Of a stretch of 64,000 nucleotides of DNA, positions 39,165 through 53,855 are shown piece by piece; the stretch's first letter is position 1; every line of letters begins with the position of its first letter. Location of the stretch: positions 41,606 through 105,605 of the forward strand of contig MU619351.1 in NCBI GenBank assembly GCA_025201805.1. Direction: 5' to 3'. Origin of the DNA: Parasitella parasitica NRRL 2501 (taxonomy: Eukaryota > Fungi > Mucoromycota). The translations under genes were made by a program, and so were the position numbers. Below the pieces are notes generated by a model, which saw only the letters and a list, made by a program, of their open reading frames with translations, ran no database searches and was not told where the DNA came from.

Positions 39165-40148
39165 TCAAGCGTTCATATTGTTGCTATCATCCGCATCTCT
39201 ACTGCCTGGTGTTATAGCCTTGTCTTTCACCATCCTCAACCATTGCATACGAGGACCAGCAGCAGATAATCCACTGATGCGAAATCCAAATAGTTTGGCT
39301 ACGTATATATTTGGCTCAACTTCTTTGAAACATTCAGGAAATGCCTGGGAAAATAAATGAGGGAATGTAGTACCGAAATGTGAACCTGTACGACAAGTTA
39401 ATGCTCTTTTATCATTGTATACCAATACATAATGCTTTTTACCATCGATAGTTTGATGTTTTGGGTTGGGTGGTATATATATATCTTTGCAATTCGGGCA
39501 GTAGAGACGTACCGAGCTCTGTTTTGGCGTATCATGCTCGCCACACGGCAGTAAATGAGAGTCATTGCAAAACACTCTTGGACATTTACCAAAGTCTCCT
39601 GATTCGTATTTTTCGTACTGATAATAAGCTGTCAGCCTTTTACATTGATATATTCATGTATATATACCGCAGTATCTATCATCAGCCCTTACCATTTGAA
39701 GCATGCCGGCCTTTGTTAAAATGAAGCGCTGGTGAATAAGTCCATATAAGAGCTCTGCTGCAGGCTCCAGTAAGCTTAGGTCAGGCACACGATTGTACAT
39801 GGCATCGTCAGGTTCCAAATCGAGAATCACTTCTAGTGTCTCCTTGTATAAAGGAATGTGCTGATTCAATCCAATGAGATTAAACGGGTCTTCGATGAAT
39901 TTCTCATCGACTTCTGTATAATAACGATGCTTTTTAGTGGAGCAGAACCAACTAATCCACTATAAAATGATGTGATCAATACGTAGACTCTTTTTTTTCT
40001 TTCTTCTTCTATTGTTGGTTACCGATAATGCTGTGCGCTCATCTGTATCCATAGGCGTCATATGACCCTCTTCTACAACAACATATTAGCTCAAGGGTCG
40101 TTGTTATGTGCCGATAAACCACTTACGTGGGTCGCTATATTGGTCCAT
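39165..40148 (-). CDS. Casein kinase II regulatory (beta) subunit
   Basis: WISWFC..EVDEKFIEDPFNLIGL, AELLYGLIHQRFILT, CPRVFC..LYCPNC, FGTTFPHLF. Confidence 0.93.
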
Positions 40149-40584
40149 TTGATATTGTTTGACTCTCTTGTGATGAGATAGAGATATTGTGTGGTTAATG
40201 AAATATAATTAAACAGGTAAAGAAGTAAAGAAAAGTGCTTGTATGCATGTTATTTAGCCAACATTCACTTTCTTCGAGAGTCACGACAGCTTTTTTCTGC
40301 TGCGACAAAGGTTTGCAAAAGTAACATCCATATCATTCATTGCCAGTGTGTGCTGTTGTCAAAGGAAGTTAAAACAGACTAAATTGGCGCCATTCTCAAT
40401 TCGATTTGTGGTATAAACTCTATTTACTAACTGGTAATAGGGCTTCTGAGCAATGATAATTTTTTTCAAATAAGTGGTTAACGAAGACCAAAAAATTGAA
40501 GTCATTTTTTTTTATCAACAATCATTCGAATACAACCAAGCCGTTATAGAGATAATCCACCCTATAATTTTTTAGTTTACTTTA

Positions 40585-40905
40585 TAGGGTTTCAGACCAC
40601 ATTTGACTAACTAGATCATTGTATTTCCTCTATAATCTATCTGCTTTCCTACCAAGTTCCATACATATTCGCTTTTTGATTAGCTATAGTAAAGTTCAGC
40701 GTTACACAAATTGCAATAGAAACTCTTGCATTTGATCTGATTACTTATTACCAGTAGACATATGTGGAATTTAAAGAAATTTGAAGTAGCCAAAATAATT
40801 TTTGCAACAATGCCAACATCCATCAATGTAAGAATAAGTGTGTTGATCATGCAGAAGAACAAATCAGAAAGTGAATTAAGGTCCAGAATATTGGTTGCCA
40901 CGTTA
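40585..40905 (-). pseudogene. Heavily mutated coding remnant of unknown family
   Basis: One frame reads protein-like but is interrupted by about ten TAA/TAG/TGA stops, compatible with C-to-T changes. Confidence 0.3.
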
Positions 40906-41699
40906 TCATATTCATTAGGTTGTTATTGTTGTATTTATAAAAAAAAAACGAAGGTGTTCTGGCATCCGATTAGATGCACCCAAAGTCAAGCATGCTGTGT
41001 ACTACAGATAATAATAAAAAGATTTCAAGAAATCTTTCACTTGCGACTCTGATTCTACGACCTTCCGGCCCTTTATTCAGCCTTAAAATTGCTTTTCTTT
41101 TGAGGAGTATCGTGATATCATGACCATGTCCATAAAATATTACATTATTATCAACCAGAACAACCCAATTTAAAACAGAATTGTCTAAAAATACTTTTAT
41201 TTTTCAACATTTATCATAAATATCACATATTTGCTCATAACTTGTGCTAAAATGACCTTAGAACCGAGATCTAACTTGGAGAACTTAGCATTGACTTGGC
41301 GCTATCTGGCAACAACATTGGNNNNNNNNNNNNNNNNNNNNNNNNNNNNNNNNNNNNNNNNATCATCGCTATCTGAGCATACCTTGCTTTCCATTCGCCA
41401 ATGTCTCTATCAAACGTTTCTTGGTTTTCTGTATCGGAGTTGGAAATAAATCGCGTGATTTATGTTGTGCGGTGTTTGTAGATATTATCACGGTATTAAT
41501 GAAACTGAAGCTGCAATGTGTGATTTATTATTTTTGATCCTCATGGATCGTAATAATAATATCGGATAATTAAGTAGTTGCATTGCAGCAGGGATTGTGG
41601 AGGTACTCTAGATGTCATTTAATTTAAAAACTAATAGAAAATAATTATCAACTTGCGGTAAAGGTGTAGGTTTTATTATCTAATCGACAGTTGCGTGAA

Positions 41700-42450
41700 A
41701 CCCCTGTTTATCTACTGGCCAGGTATATGAATCTTTTAGTACTTAGCAACGAATAAACAATAATATCATAAATTAACGTGTACAACAACCATTATGATCA
41801 ATTAGCATCTTTGTATTGTGCTAAACGACATTTTAGCAGACTAAAGTTGAATTAGATCTACCTGAGTAAGTAGATGGACTTTAACTGAATTACCTTGACC
41901 AATTCCCCATACAAAGTTTATTAACATTGATCCATAAGCGTATATCATTCCTAGCATAGTCTTATTCAGTCTATATCAATTGTACTTGTCTGAGTGTATA
42001 TTACTTGGTTTTCATTTTAGCAAATATCGGTATATGTGGCATGTCATAAGCATGTCATAAGCATATCTATAACATTGCACGTATTGTACAAGTCTTTAGT
42101 ACATAATGTTTCTGTAGTTAGTATCATGGATATAAGTATATGTCTTGTAGTAGGTATCTAGAAACTGGGAATGTGCATCTGAAGCATAGATCTTATATGG
42201 TATACGCTCGTGATATATTCTAAGTCTAGTAGATGTCTAAGGCTGGTGTCGAGATATAAGTACAAGTCTATGGCGTCATCCATCCTAATGGTGTCATCTT
42301 TAGCCTATGTCCTATATCCTATAGAGTATAAATTTGTCTTGTACATCATCTTATTAACTGTGCACATATGTAGTCCTGATCAATTTAAGGTAACTGGATG
42401 AATCTAGAAGTGGAATGCAAATCATCATAGTGAATGTATTTCTTAGATAT
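41700..42450 (-). mobile_element. Decayed LTR-retrotransposon integrase-like remnant
   Basis: At ~41930-42000 the minus strand gives TQT...RLNKTMLGMIYAY, resembling HPQTDGQTERLNRTLxxMLRAY; region visibly TA/TAG-rich. Confidence 0.4.
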
Positions 42451-43185
42451 ATTGTATATTGATGTCAAGCTACGACTATCGTGCATGCTTTTTGAACGGA
42501 AAATACCTGAGGATTTATAAATTGATATATCTCAGGTATCTCTATTTTTCCAATGGCCCTTTCTTCACTTCTTTTCCTAAATGCCTTCTATTTAATTCTT
42601 CCTCTAAAGTTTGGTTTTAGTTTGCCACTGAATCGATGTGTTTTTTCTGAATGTGAACAATCGTCTAATTTTAGAGTAAAACCCTGTAGCTAGAGCAATG
42701 TACTGGATGTCTCGTCAAAAGTTTGAGTAACACGTAGCTGGCCAAGATGAATTAGGTTTTCATATTTTTTTAAAAAAACTTAATAAAGAGCTGTATCCAA
42801 CAAAAATAGCAAGATGAAATTGTACAAATTGATACCTGTGTTATAAAGGTATGCAGCAATGACAATAGTTTTCTTTATTTTATTATAGCATGATAATTTT
42901 ACTCCATATAAAAGTGTATAAAATGGGAGCTTATTGAGTAACTCGTCCATACTTGCAAGAGGCAGCTGCTTTCAATGATGATGTTAAAAGTGATATACCT
43001 CAACTAGCATACCATACTGAGATTTATGCGATCAACATTAACATGCAGCAACTCATGTAACCAGAGCAACAGTTGTGAATTCACGTCACATTAAGCGTGT
43101 TTAAACGAGGCTCATCAGACCTTTACAGAGTTTTCCTTTTTTTTTTTCTCTTTACGAAAAAGATTAGCTAAAATAAGCTGGCAAA

Positions 43186-44404
43186 ATGTGAGTCGTAGAC
43201 ATCAAAATGGCCCACGAAAACAGCTGCTAACTTCAGATAAATAGGGTCTCTCCCAGATCTGCATATTCAAGATCTCCTTCACCTCGCTCAGCTAGAAGTC
43301 GCTCGCGTTCGCCTTTACGTCGAGGCAGCCGCTCCCATTCAGCTAGCCTTGAGCACCTTCACTCTATTTTAGTCACTAATTTGACGCGAAATGTCAAAGA
43401 GGATCATGTACGAGAGATATTTGGTGAATTTGGTAAAATTAGCTACCTCGAATTCCCCATCAATAAGCTCTGTAAGTATGCTTGTAAAAATACCAGATCC
43501 CAACATAAACGTATCTCAATACTGATACCAAAGCGCAGTGAAAACAAACAAAGGAAAAGCGTACATTGATTTCGAAACCCAGGATGATGCTGATAAGGCC
43601 ATCAGTTATATGGATAATGTAAGCTCTCTATATTGAATGTTTAATTTCCACATTCTCAATGTAAAATCTTCTTTTTTTTTTTTTTTTTTTTTTGACCATT
43701 AGGCACAATTGGATGGTAAGAGAATTGCTTGTGTAGTGGCTCCCAAGCATCGTGAAAGATCGCCTTCACCGCGCAGAGGTAAGTAATGGTTATTGAGTTG
43801 ACAGCAATAAGCATTTGGCCTAAATGGGTATGTAGCTCGTTATTCTCCTCCTCCCTTCAGAAAAATCAACAACCGTGGTCCTCCTCCACCTCCCTTAAAT
43901 CGCCGTGGAGATCGATTTGGAGGCGGCAGAGACAGAGGAAGACGTTATTCTCGCTCGCCATCCAGATCACCGATACGCCGAGGAAGACGCTATTCCTACT
44001 CTCGCTCAAGATCTCCTAGCCGTAGCTATTCCCGTGGAAGAAAGCGATCTTATTCTCGTGGGCGACGCAGCTACTCTCGTGGACGTAGTTATTCTCGTAG
44101 CAGAAGCTATTCTAGAAGCTTGAGTCGCAGTCTTAGTCGCAGCCTGAGCCGTAGTCGCAGTAGATCACCTGTGAGAAGAAGCCGATCACCCATCAGAAGA
44201 AGAAGCAGATCTATTCGTCGTAGCAGATCACCTATTAGACGTAGCAGATCGCCTATCAGACGCAGCAGATCACCTATTAGGCGTAGCAGATCTATCAGAC
44301 GTAGCAGAACCCCTATCAGAAGAAGTAGATCTATTAGACGTAGCAGATCAAGATCATACAGCAGATCACTCTCCAGGCGCAGAAGCTCAGGCGTCAGACG
44401 CTAG
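43186..44404 (+). CDS. RNPS1: RNA-binding protein with serine-rich domain (RNPS1-like; RRM + RS domain)
   Basis: [44 protein letters not shown]; long RSRSPIRR repeats; start codon split AT|G by intron 43188-43244. Confidence 0.85.
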
Positions 44405-44508
44405 GAAAACTGTTAAACAAAACTAAAATTAAGAAAAAAAGAGCTCGAATTACATATCACATCAATGAAAGAAGAAAAGTTTGTAATAATAAAAAAAACA
44501 TGCATGTT

Positions 44509-46536
<2,028 letters not shown>

Positions 46537-47391
46537 CTTCTTTCTTTCTTTGTTACAAAAAAAAATACTTGCAACGATGAAAGGATGGAACGAAAAAGAA
46601 AAGAAAATCCTTGGTTTTGGCAAAGAAAAAAAAAAGGTGCGTGCACAAAATAAGATTTAGTATACTTGTACATTTGAATCAGCAGGTCAAAATATAATGT
46701 ACCTTTACAAGAAGGAGGTGCCCGGCTTTTCCGCATTAAGATACTGTGCTTTGCTTTGGGCTTATTTTGCTTTGCTATATCAAGTTTTCTACCTGTGTGT
46801 GTCTAGATCATGCATGTGTAATCCAAGTTCAATAGCATTGTTTATTACGAAACATGCATAGTAACAACGAGTTTCGCTGCTAAACTGCGGTTGCTTATAT
46901 CAAAACAAAGCGCCATGGGTAAAAACAACAATGTTTAACGACACGTCAAAGAATCTTTTTTTAATGTTTTACTCTTATCGTCGTTCTCTGTAATGTTGAG
47001 GAATCCTTTCTAACAAAGTCTTTTTAACTAAGCATGCAAGTTAAAAATATGGTTGCTTGGCTGCAAATGTATCCCCATTCTCAAGAATACGTACAGTGTC
47101 ATTAATGTACATGTCTTGCCATCTCATACATTCAACATTCTATCATGGACTTTCACATGAAATCTTTCGATTTAGGCCATTTTGCTTGAAACAAAAGAGA
47201 AACATCAAGTATCATTTAGAAAAAAATTTAATCTGTTTGCAATGACAATATGTATAGAGAACGAAAAAGAGAAATGCTAATATGTATATGAAAGGAGATA
47301 AAAACGTTTCTCTTCAAGAGAAACAAGAAGAATGCGTTATTATATGAAATGAATCCAGTGTAGAAAATGCTATACTATGAGATGCTTTGGT

Positions 47392-48870
47392 TTATAGATC
47401 GGCTAATAAGGCTGTACCCATTTGCTTGAAACTGAACGCATGGTTGTTGTTTTCCTTGTTTGGCTTGATAAACAAAGGATTCTTTGAGAAAGAGAGTCTG
47501 ATGCCACCTTTGACGGAGTTGGACAAAACGTGTCCTTGATGTTTGCTCATGGCTTGAGTAGCAAACACAACATCATCGAACTCTACAAAACACATAGGAC
47601 CTTGCGGTTTTTGGCGGAAGCACATACGCTTATAGCCTTCACAAGACGAAAACAGGGAACGTAATTCATCCTCGTTTGTAGTAGGTGGCAAATTGCCCAC
47701 ATAAAGAGTGTTGCAGGGAGGATTTTGGTCTGCAGGATTGCTGGGCGCGCGTAAAGTGCTAGCGGATCGCTCAATGTTGGGTGATGGCTGTAACGAGTTC
47801 TTGCGATTGACAGTCAGCAAATCTTCCCCATAGAAACAGTTATTCATGGAGAATGCGAAATCATGATGTGGAGCAGGTGTTGATTTCGACAAATAACTGA
47901 ATGGATCGGTATCGAGTTCGGGTGATTTCGAAAACAGATTGAATGTTCGCTGCTGCTGCTGTTGTGCTGCAGTAGGGTTAGAGTTAAGGTTTCGGCCATC
48001 AAAAGAATGCGAACGGAGACCAAGCAGAGAGTCGCCAAAGGAAGGTGTGTTAGGCATTGTCATGAGCGGTTCATTCAGAAAAGGGTCGTCTTTGTAGTCT
48101 CCTGGAGACAGTAAATCGCTTGGAAGGGGAGAGAAGGATTCATAGCCAGGACCAGTACCGACGGCAGAGGACTGTGATGTAGAGAACAGATTAGCTTGAG
48201 GTTGGCTAAACCTTCGGGACATGATTGACATTGGAGAGCTGGAAGGTTCGGGTAGCAAAACGGCAGTCGGTAACAAATTGTTTGCTAAGGTTGCAGTAGA
48301 TGGAATAATGGAATTGCGTTTGATGTGCAAGTTCTTCTTTGCCATCTGAGCCTTTAAAAAGTATCCCTTTTCAGCATCCACCCGCTTGCCATTCATCTCC
48401 ATGGCAGCATCTTGGGCTTCTTGACGATTGTGGAATCTGGCAAAACCAATCTTTTCTTGCAGTGTTAGAAGTCATCACATTTTTCATCCTAATTGCATAT
48501 ATTCGCATACCATTTGCTTTTTACTCAAATTGTTCAAAAGACTATAAAAATCCTGATCGTCCTGTTGATCCTTAGAATGCCATTTAAGTGATGCAGCTTC
48601 AAACCCCTTTGCAAAGATAAACATATTCTGGAACTCTCTTTCTTGCATGTCGTCTGGGAAACCGACAACAAAGATCGTTGTAACATCATCTTGTTGTTGG
48701 GACGAAAGCAGCGGAGGGGAGGAAGGTACAGAGCAAGTGGGCGAATTTGAGGCACTGCTGTTTGCGTTACTGATAGTCATTGCTGGTGAGGGTGTCAAAG
48801 GATGGATCCCATTGCAGGATATAGTTGGGCTTGAAAGTGTTGTATCACCACTGTTTGTCATTTTTCGCAT
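47392..48870 (-). CDS. Multi-RRM RNA-binding protein, Whi3/Scw1-like
   Basis: TIFVVGFPDDMQEREFQNMF..MIGFARF; NPADQNPPCNTLYVGNLP..PMCFVEF..VKGGIRLSFSKNPL. Confidence 0.9.
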
Positions 48871-49277
48871 ATATTTAATTTAGAAAAGGAAAAAAAAGAT
48901 AATGAAATGCAAGATAAAATATGTGAAATTTATACATGAAATGGGATATGTTCGTCTGTGTCTGTCTGCGCGGGGAATGATGTTATGACATTATTGAAAT
49001 TTTCTCTTTTTCCATTGTTTTCAAGGGCAGAAATCTTGCAATATATGGAAAATGTGTCCTGTCATATTTAGCCTGTCAAATAAACAAAACAATAAAAATT
49101 TACAAAAAAAAAGGACCATTATTCAAGAAACCATGCTCTATGCATTCAACTACAATTTGGCAATGTATTCTGGTATGTACGTATATACATATAAAAACAG
49201 AAAACAACTATACAATTTCTTAAACACAAATATTGTTGTTCCGATTTATCAGCAGAGATCTTTTTGAGATGTTATGA

Positions 49278-52064
49278 TTACGATGAGGAAGAAGGTTCGA
49301 TTTGATGGCGTTCTTTGCCAGCAATGCCCACTCTTTCCTGCTTCTTAGATGTTGTTTTTCCCAATCCTTTGTGTTTATGCGGGTCCTTTTTTTTTAAAAA
49401 AAAAAGAAAAAAATAATATTTTTGAGTATATTTATAGCATAGAATAAAAAATAAAATTCATGTACTTACCTTTCGGCTCATAGTAGTCTTATTTCTGACA
49501 CCTTTACCACCTTCCCAGAAAGACTGTTTCTGAGGTGCTTTTTCAAACTCATGTCCGCAAACACAGGGCTTTCCACTGACAATGTTTTGCTCTCTGGAAC
49601 ATAGCCCACAAACATGCTTTTTAGCCAATTCGACATGGTGATCCTCATGGCTGTCGTGGCAAATATCGCAAGGATACAGTTTGTTGCAACACGAGAACCT
49701 AAACCATCGTTTTGATTTGCGATAATGAGAGCATGTCCCTTGATCCGGCAACGGTTCGCCAATGGTCAACGGATCGTCTTTTGACTTTTTCTTCTTTTTG
49801 AGCTTCATGACTTGGTCTTCATTGGCGATTAATCGCTCGCCTCCTTCGCTACCAATCTTGACCAGCTTGTAATCACCTAGCCCACATATCATCTTTGAAT
49901 GACAAGAAAAGCAGTTGAATGTACGAGGTGGATCATGAGGAGATAGCCGGACGGTAGATTCCATGTCAGCCATACAGGAGCCACAAGTGCCGATGTAAGC
50001 CGATGGCAGTATGTCGTATGCAGTGCAGCCTGCTAATTGCAGTAAGCCAACAGACAGCGCACCCTGATGAATAAGCTCTATATTAAACACATCTACTTAG
50101 CCCTCCCCGCAGCTCAGTAAATCGACCGAGTGTTCTTACCTCCAAGAAATTTAATGCCTAGCACGGAGGAACATGTTGGACAAGACATCCACCTCTCAGT
50201 CTTGGGAGTTTTCTTTGATGAAGAAGCGGATGCTGCTTGTTTGTCTTCCTGCTCAGGTTTAATATTCTCCACTTCTACTGTATCTTTGCATCTGGCGCAT
50301 TTCACCATTATATGGAGCAGAGAACACCGAAACAGCGAAATGTTTTCCAGCTTCGAATCGACCAGTCGAATCTCTGTTCCTCTTCGAATGACAGGTTGGC
50401 TAAGGTCCACTAGTGTCTTTTCTCCATCTTGCTGCTCCAAGTGATTCTGGTATTCGTCCTCTCCTTCAGCCAATTCGACCTCAATTTCCTCTTCATCTGC
50501 TTGCTCAATAATGAGACTGGGATCGTTTACAATAATGACCTTGTTCTTCTTGATGTCGCCTTCCTCATCAAACAGAGATGTTTTCTTTTTCGGCTTCGAT
50601 GGATTAAGCAGACGCTGCTGCTGAGGTGTGAATTCTGGCGCGGCCACAGAGAGCTGTGATGCTTTTACAGGTGGTTTAATATCTTTCTGCTGTGCAGCAG
50701 AAATGGTGTCTGCTTCTATCTGCTCTTCAGTCTTTTGAGTAGGTGGTGTGCTCAGCAAGCTCTCCAGGTTTCGATTGAGCCAATTTAAATTCTCGAATAA
50801 GGTGTAGTTGCCACGTGCGACATGTTCATCAAACCCCAAAGACACCCAATTTGCTCTTGTTCTGTCCAGTTTCTTGTTGTCAATTTCAATAGAACAAGGT
50901 TCGAGGGGGTATAATGCAGGTATATGGTATTTTACATACAAGTCATTTCCTCCAATGAGTTGCTCATGAGTGAAATCTGTATCATTGGCTGTCATGACGA
51001 GAGTAACGATAGTTTCTCTGGAATTGCTACTTCTGTTATCCGAGTTCGTTAACGATGAGCCCTTCACGCTTGAAAATTTTATACATACCTCATCATTTTG
51101 AAAGAATCACAAAAGCGAGTTTGGAGCTGCCTATACTCGTGTTTACGTCTTTTATCGGCAACAGAAAGCTCGCTGGAAGTGTAATGCTTGTTCAAAGTTG
51201 CTTCGACGATAGGCAGGTCGACCTGCTTTTGTTTTACGCTCTGTGCAGTCTTTCCAATAGGTGCCGACGATGACGAGCTAGATTTGGTTGGTTGTTTCGC
51301 TGAAGGGAGTTGCTTAGCATTTGCAAAACTGATTGGTGTAGCAGTGGCGTTAATGAATTGTTTGACAGGCTGCTGCGGTGCTGCTGTTAGCGCCGTCGAT
51401 TCTGCTGCGGTAGAAGCAGGCTCTTTTTGGTTGGCGATAAATCTAACAGTGGGAGCAGGAGCTTTCTGCAATAAGTCTTCCATGTTGCGATCGAGCCAAT
51501 TCATTTGTCTAACCAGTGATTGGTGAGCTGCGGATGTAGCTACTCGAGCACCATATCCCTTTTCAAGATTTCTATATCCCACGTTAATAAACACGCAACA
51601 TTTGGTCATTTGTATGAGAGACACTACATTGCAAATCCCATTGGAATATCTGAATTCAGGACTTGAACCGCACATGCTACTTTGGGATAGTCTGCAGGTA
51701 CGGTCAATTGCAGCTGAAGCGCTTCTATTTCGTAGGGGAAATCTGGATCTGATGGTTTGATGGCGAGTCTGACGACAGATTCGTCTTTGTTTTCGCTTGA
51801 ACAATATTTCAGCATCATTACCATGTAGAATATGTATCGTTGAGATTGACAAAAAAGAAAAAAAGGGTGGTTACCTGACAAGTCTAAATGAGGATTTGTA
51901 ACGGGTTTCCAGCTGAATCAGTTCCAGTTTTCTTTTATCAAGATTGCTTGCACTCTAACATGTGCTGAATGTGAGCTGAAATGCAGGCATAAAGAGCGGG
52001 AGCCTCCACTTACCAAAGCTGCCTGAGGCTTCCTGACTGTCGGTCTATGAGGTTTGTCTGTCAT
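49278..52064 (-). CDS. CHY zinc-finger protein with two RWD-like repeats
   Basis: PSDPDFPYEIEALQLQLTVPADYP and second YHIPALYPLEPC repeat; GTCSHYRKSKRWFRFSCCNKLYPCDICHD..CGLC; FWEGGKG. Confidence 0.85.
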
Positions 52065-52250
52065 GGTAATTACTATCTAGTGTACAAATGAAAAGTGCAA
52101 CATATCAGACCGCCTGCTATATTTATAGCTCTGTATTTTTCGTGACGTTTTGGTCGGCGAATGGCATGAACAACAACATGCTGTTGTTGATAAATGTTTT
52201 ACACACGCAATGCCATTTTTCTAGCATTTCTTTTACTTGCACGCCTCTGG

Positions 52251-53700
52251 ATGAATACCATAAAATCTGACCAAATCATAGAGCTAGAGCCCTCCCTCAT
52301 AAAAGTAGGTCTATCCTTGCTACTTGCATCGGAAATAATAACGCTGTACATACATTGGGCCTGTAGGTTCCTTTTGAGCAACTTCGCAAATCCTTCCGAT
52401 ATCAGCATAAATATATTGAGAAAGAATTGACATTGCTCCATGATAAAATTGAGCGCTGTGTGAGAGACACTTCGCTATCTCCTGAAAAAACTGGCTCAGT
52501 CATCGATGACCTATTAAAGCAAGTAGACAAGCTAACTCGCAAGGTAAGTATCCCAAATAGACGTTGTGATTGTGCAAGCCTATAATATACTTAAATGCCT
52601 GTATGTTGTATTTCCTCAGCTGCAGAAAGCAAAGACTGACGAATTGGCTTATTCTGGCCGAATTGAAAAGAGAATCCAAAATCTGCGACAGATTGAGAAC
52701 GTTACGCTAGCCAAGACACCCGAATTCATGGCATGGAACAAGACACGGTTAGACAGAGTCATTGTAGATTATCTACTTCGAGAGGGGATGACAAAGTCAG
52801 CGAGACGAGTAGCTGAAGATGGCCGCATAGAGGTAAGCAGTAGTGTGCATGTGTCTATATCTGTGTCTGTGTCTGCAGCAATCCTAAAACATACCCAAAG
52901 GACATGGTGGACATTCAGCTATTTGCTCAATCAGAAAAGATAGAGCAGGCATTACGAAACCACAGCTGCAAAGAATGCCTCTCGTGGTGCAGCGAAAATA
53001 AGTCAAGCTTGAGGAAAATGAAGAGTACACTAGAGTTCAATTTGAGGCTGCAAGAACATATTGAATTGGCAAGGTCATCCAGAGGGCTCGATGCGATTGC
53101 TTATGCAAACAAGCACTTGACCCCATGGAAGACGACCGAAGGGAAGCGAATCGGGCAAGCCATGGGATTACTAGCGTACAAAAGCGATACACAATGCCAG
53201 CCCTACAAGGACATGTACGATCCTAGTCGCTGGCAAGAGATAATCGATCAATTCAGGTCAGATTTCTATGCTCTCTGCTCACTCACTTCCCATCCACTCC
53301 TATCCATCACTCTACAAGCTGGCTTATCTGCGCTTAAAACACCGCAATGCTATGAACATGAGAACCAGAATGTCAATTGCCCTATCTGCGATAATCAGAC
53401 GTTGGGCGGTTTGGCAGAGAAACTTCCGTTGAGCCATCATGTCAATTCTACCATTGTATGCCGCATCAGCGGTAAAATAATGAATGAAGACAACCCACCA
53501 TTGTTACTACCTAATGGAAGGGTATATAGTTTAGATGTAAGCCATTGGCTGTGTGCGTGCGTCTACGATACTAAACGAGATACCCTTTTTTTTTTTAGGC
53601 ATTGCAAGATATGGCGTTGAAAAATGATGGAAAGATTACTTGTCCCAGAACTGGAGATGTGTATACAATGGATGTGCTTAAGAAGGTGTTTATTTCGTAA
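52251..53700 (+). CDS. FYV10: GID/CTLH E3 ligase subunit Fyv10/Gid9 (MAEA)
   Basis: LisH RLDRVIVDYLLREG, CTLH CLSWCSENK..LEFNLRLQEHIEL, LQAGLSALKTPQC, LPLSHHVNS, PLLLPNGRVYS. Confidence 0.92.
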
Positions 53701-53855
53701 ATACATTTTTGATTATGCTGTAATTTTACATATGATTAAATCATGTCATACGCTCGTCTTACATAATCATTTACCCGCCTTTTCTCCATTCATTTTTCTC
53801 CCTCTCTTTCTCTGGTTTTTTCTTTTCTCTTTACTCTCTCTACTTGAATATAAAA

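Noticed and set aside
41322-41361. N runs (also 5143-5152, 11477-11486, 19734-19743)
   Set aside because: Assembly gaps, not biology; ORFs crossing them are unreliable.
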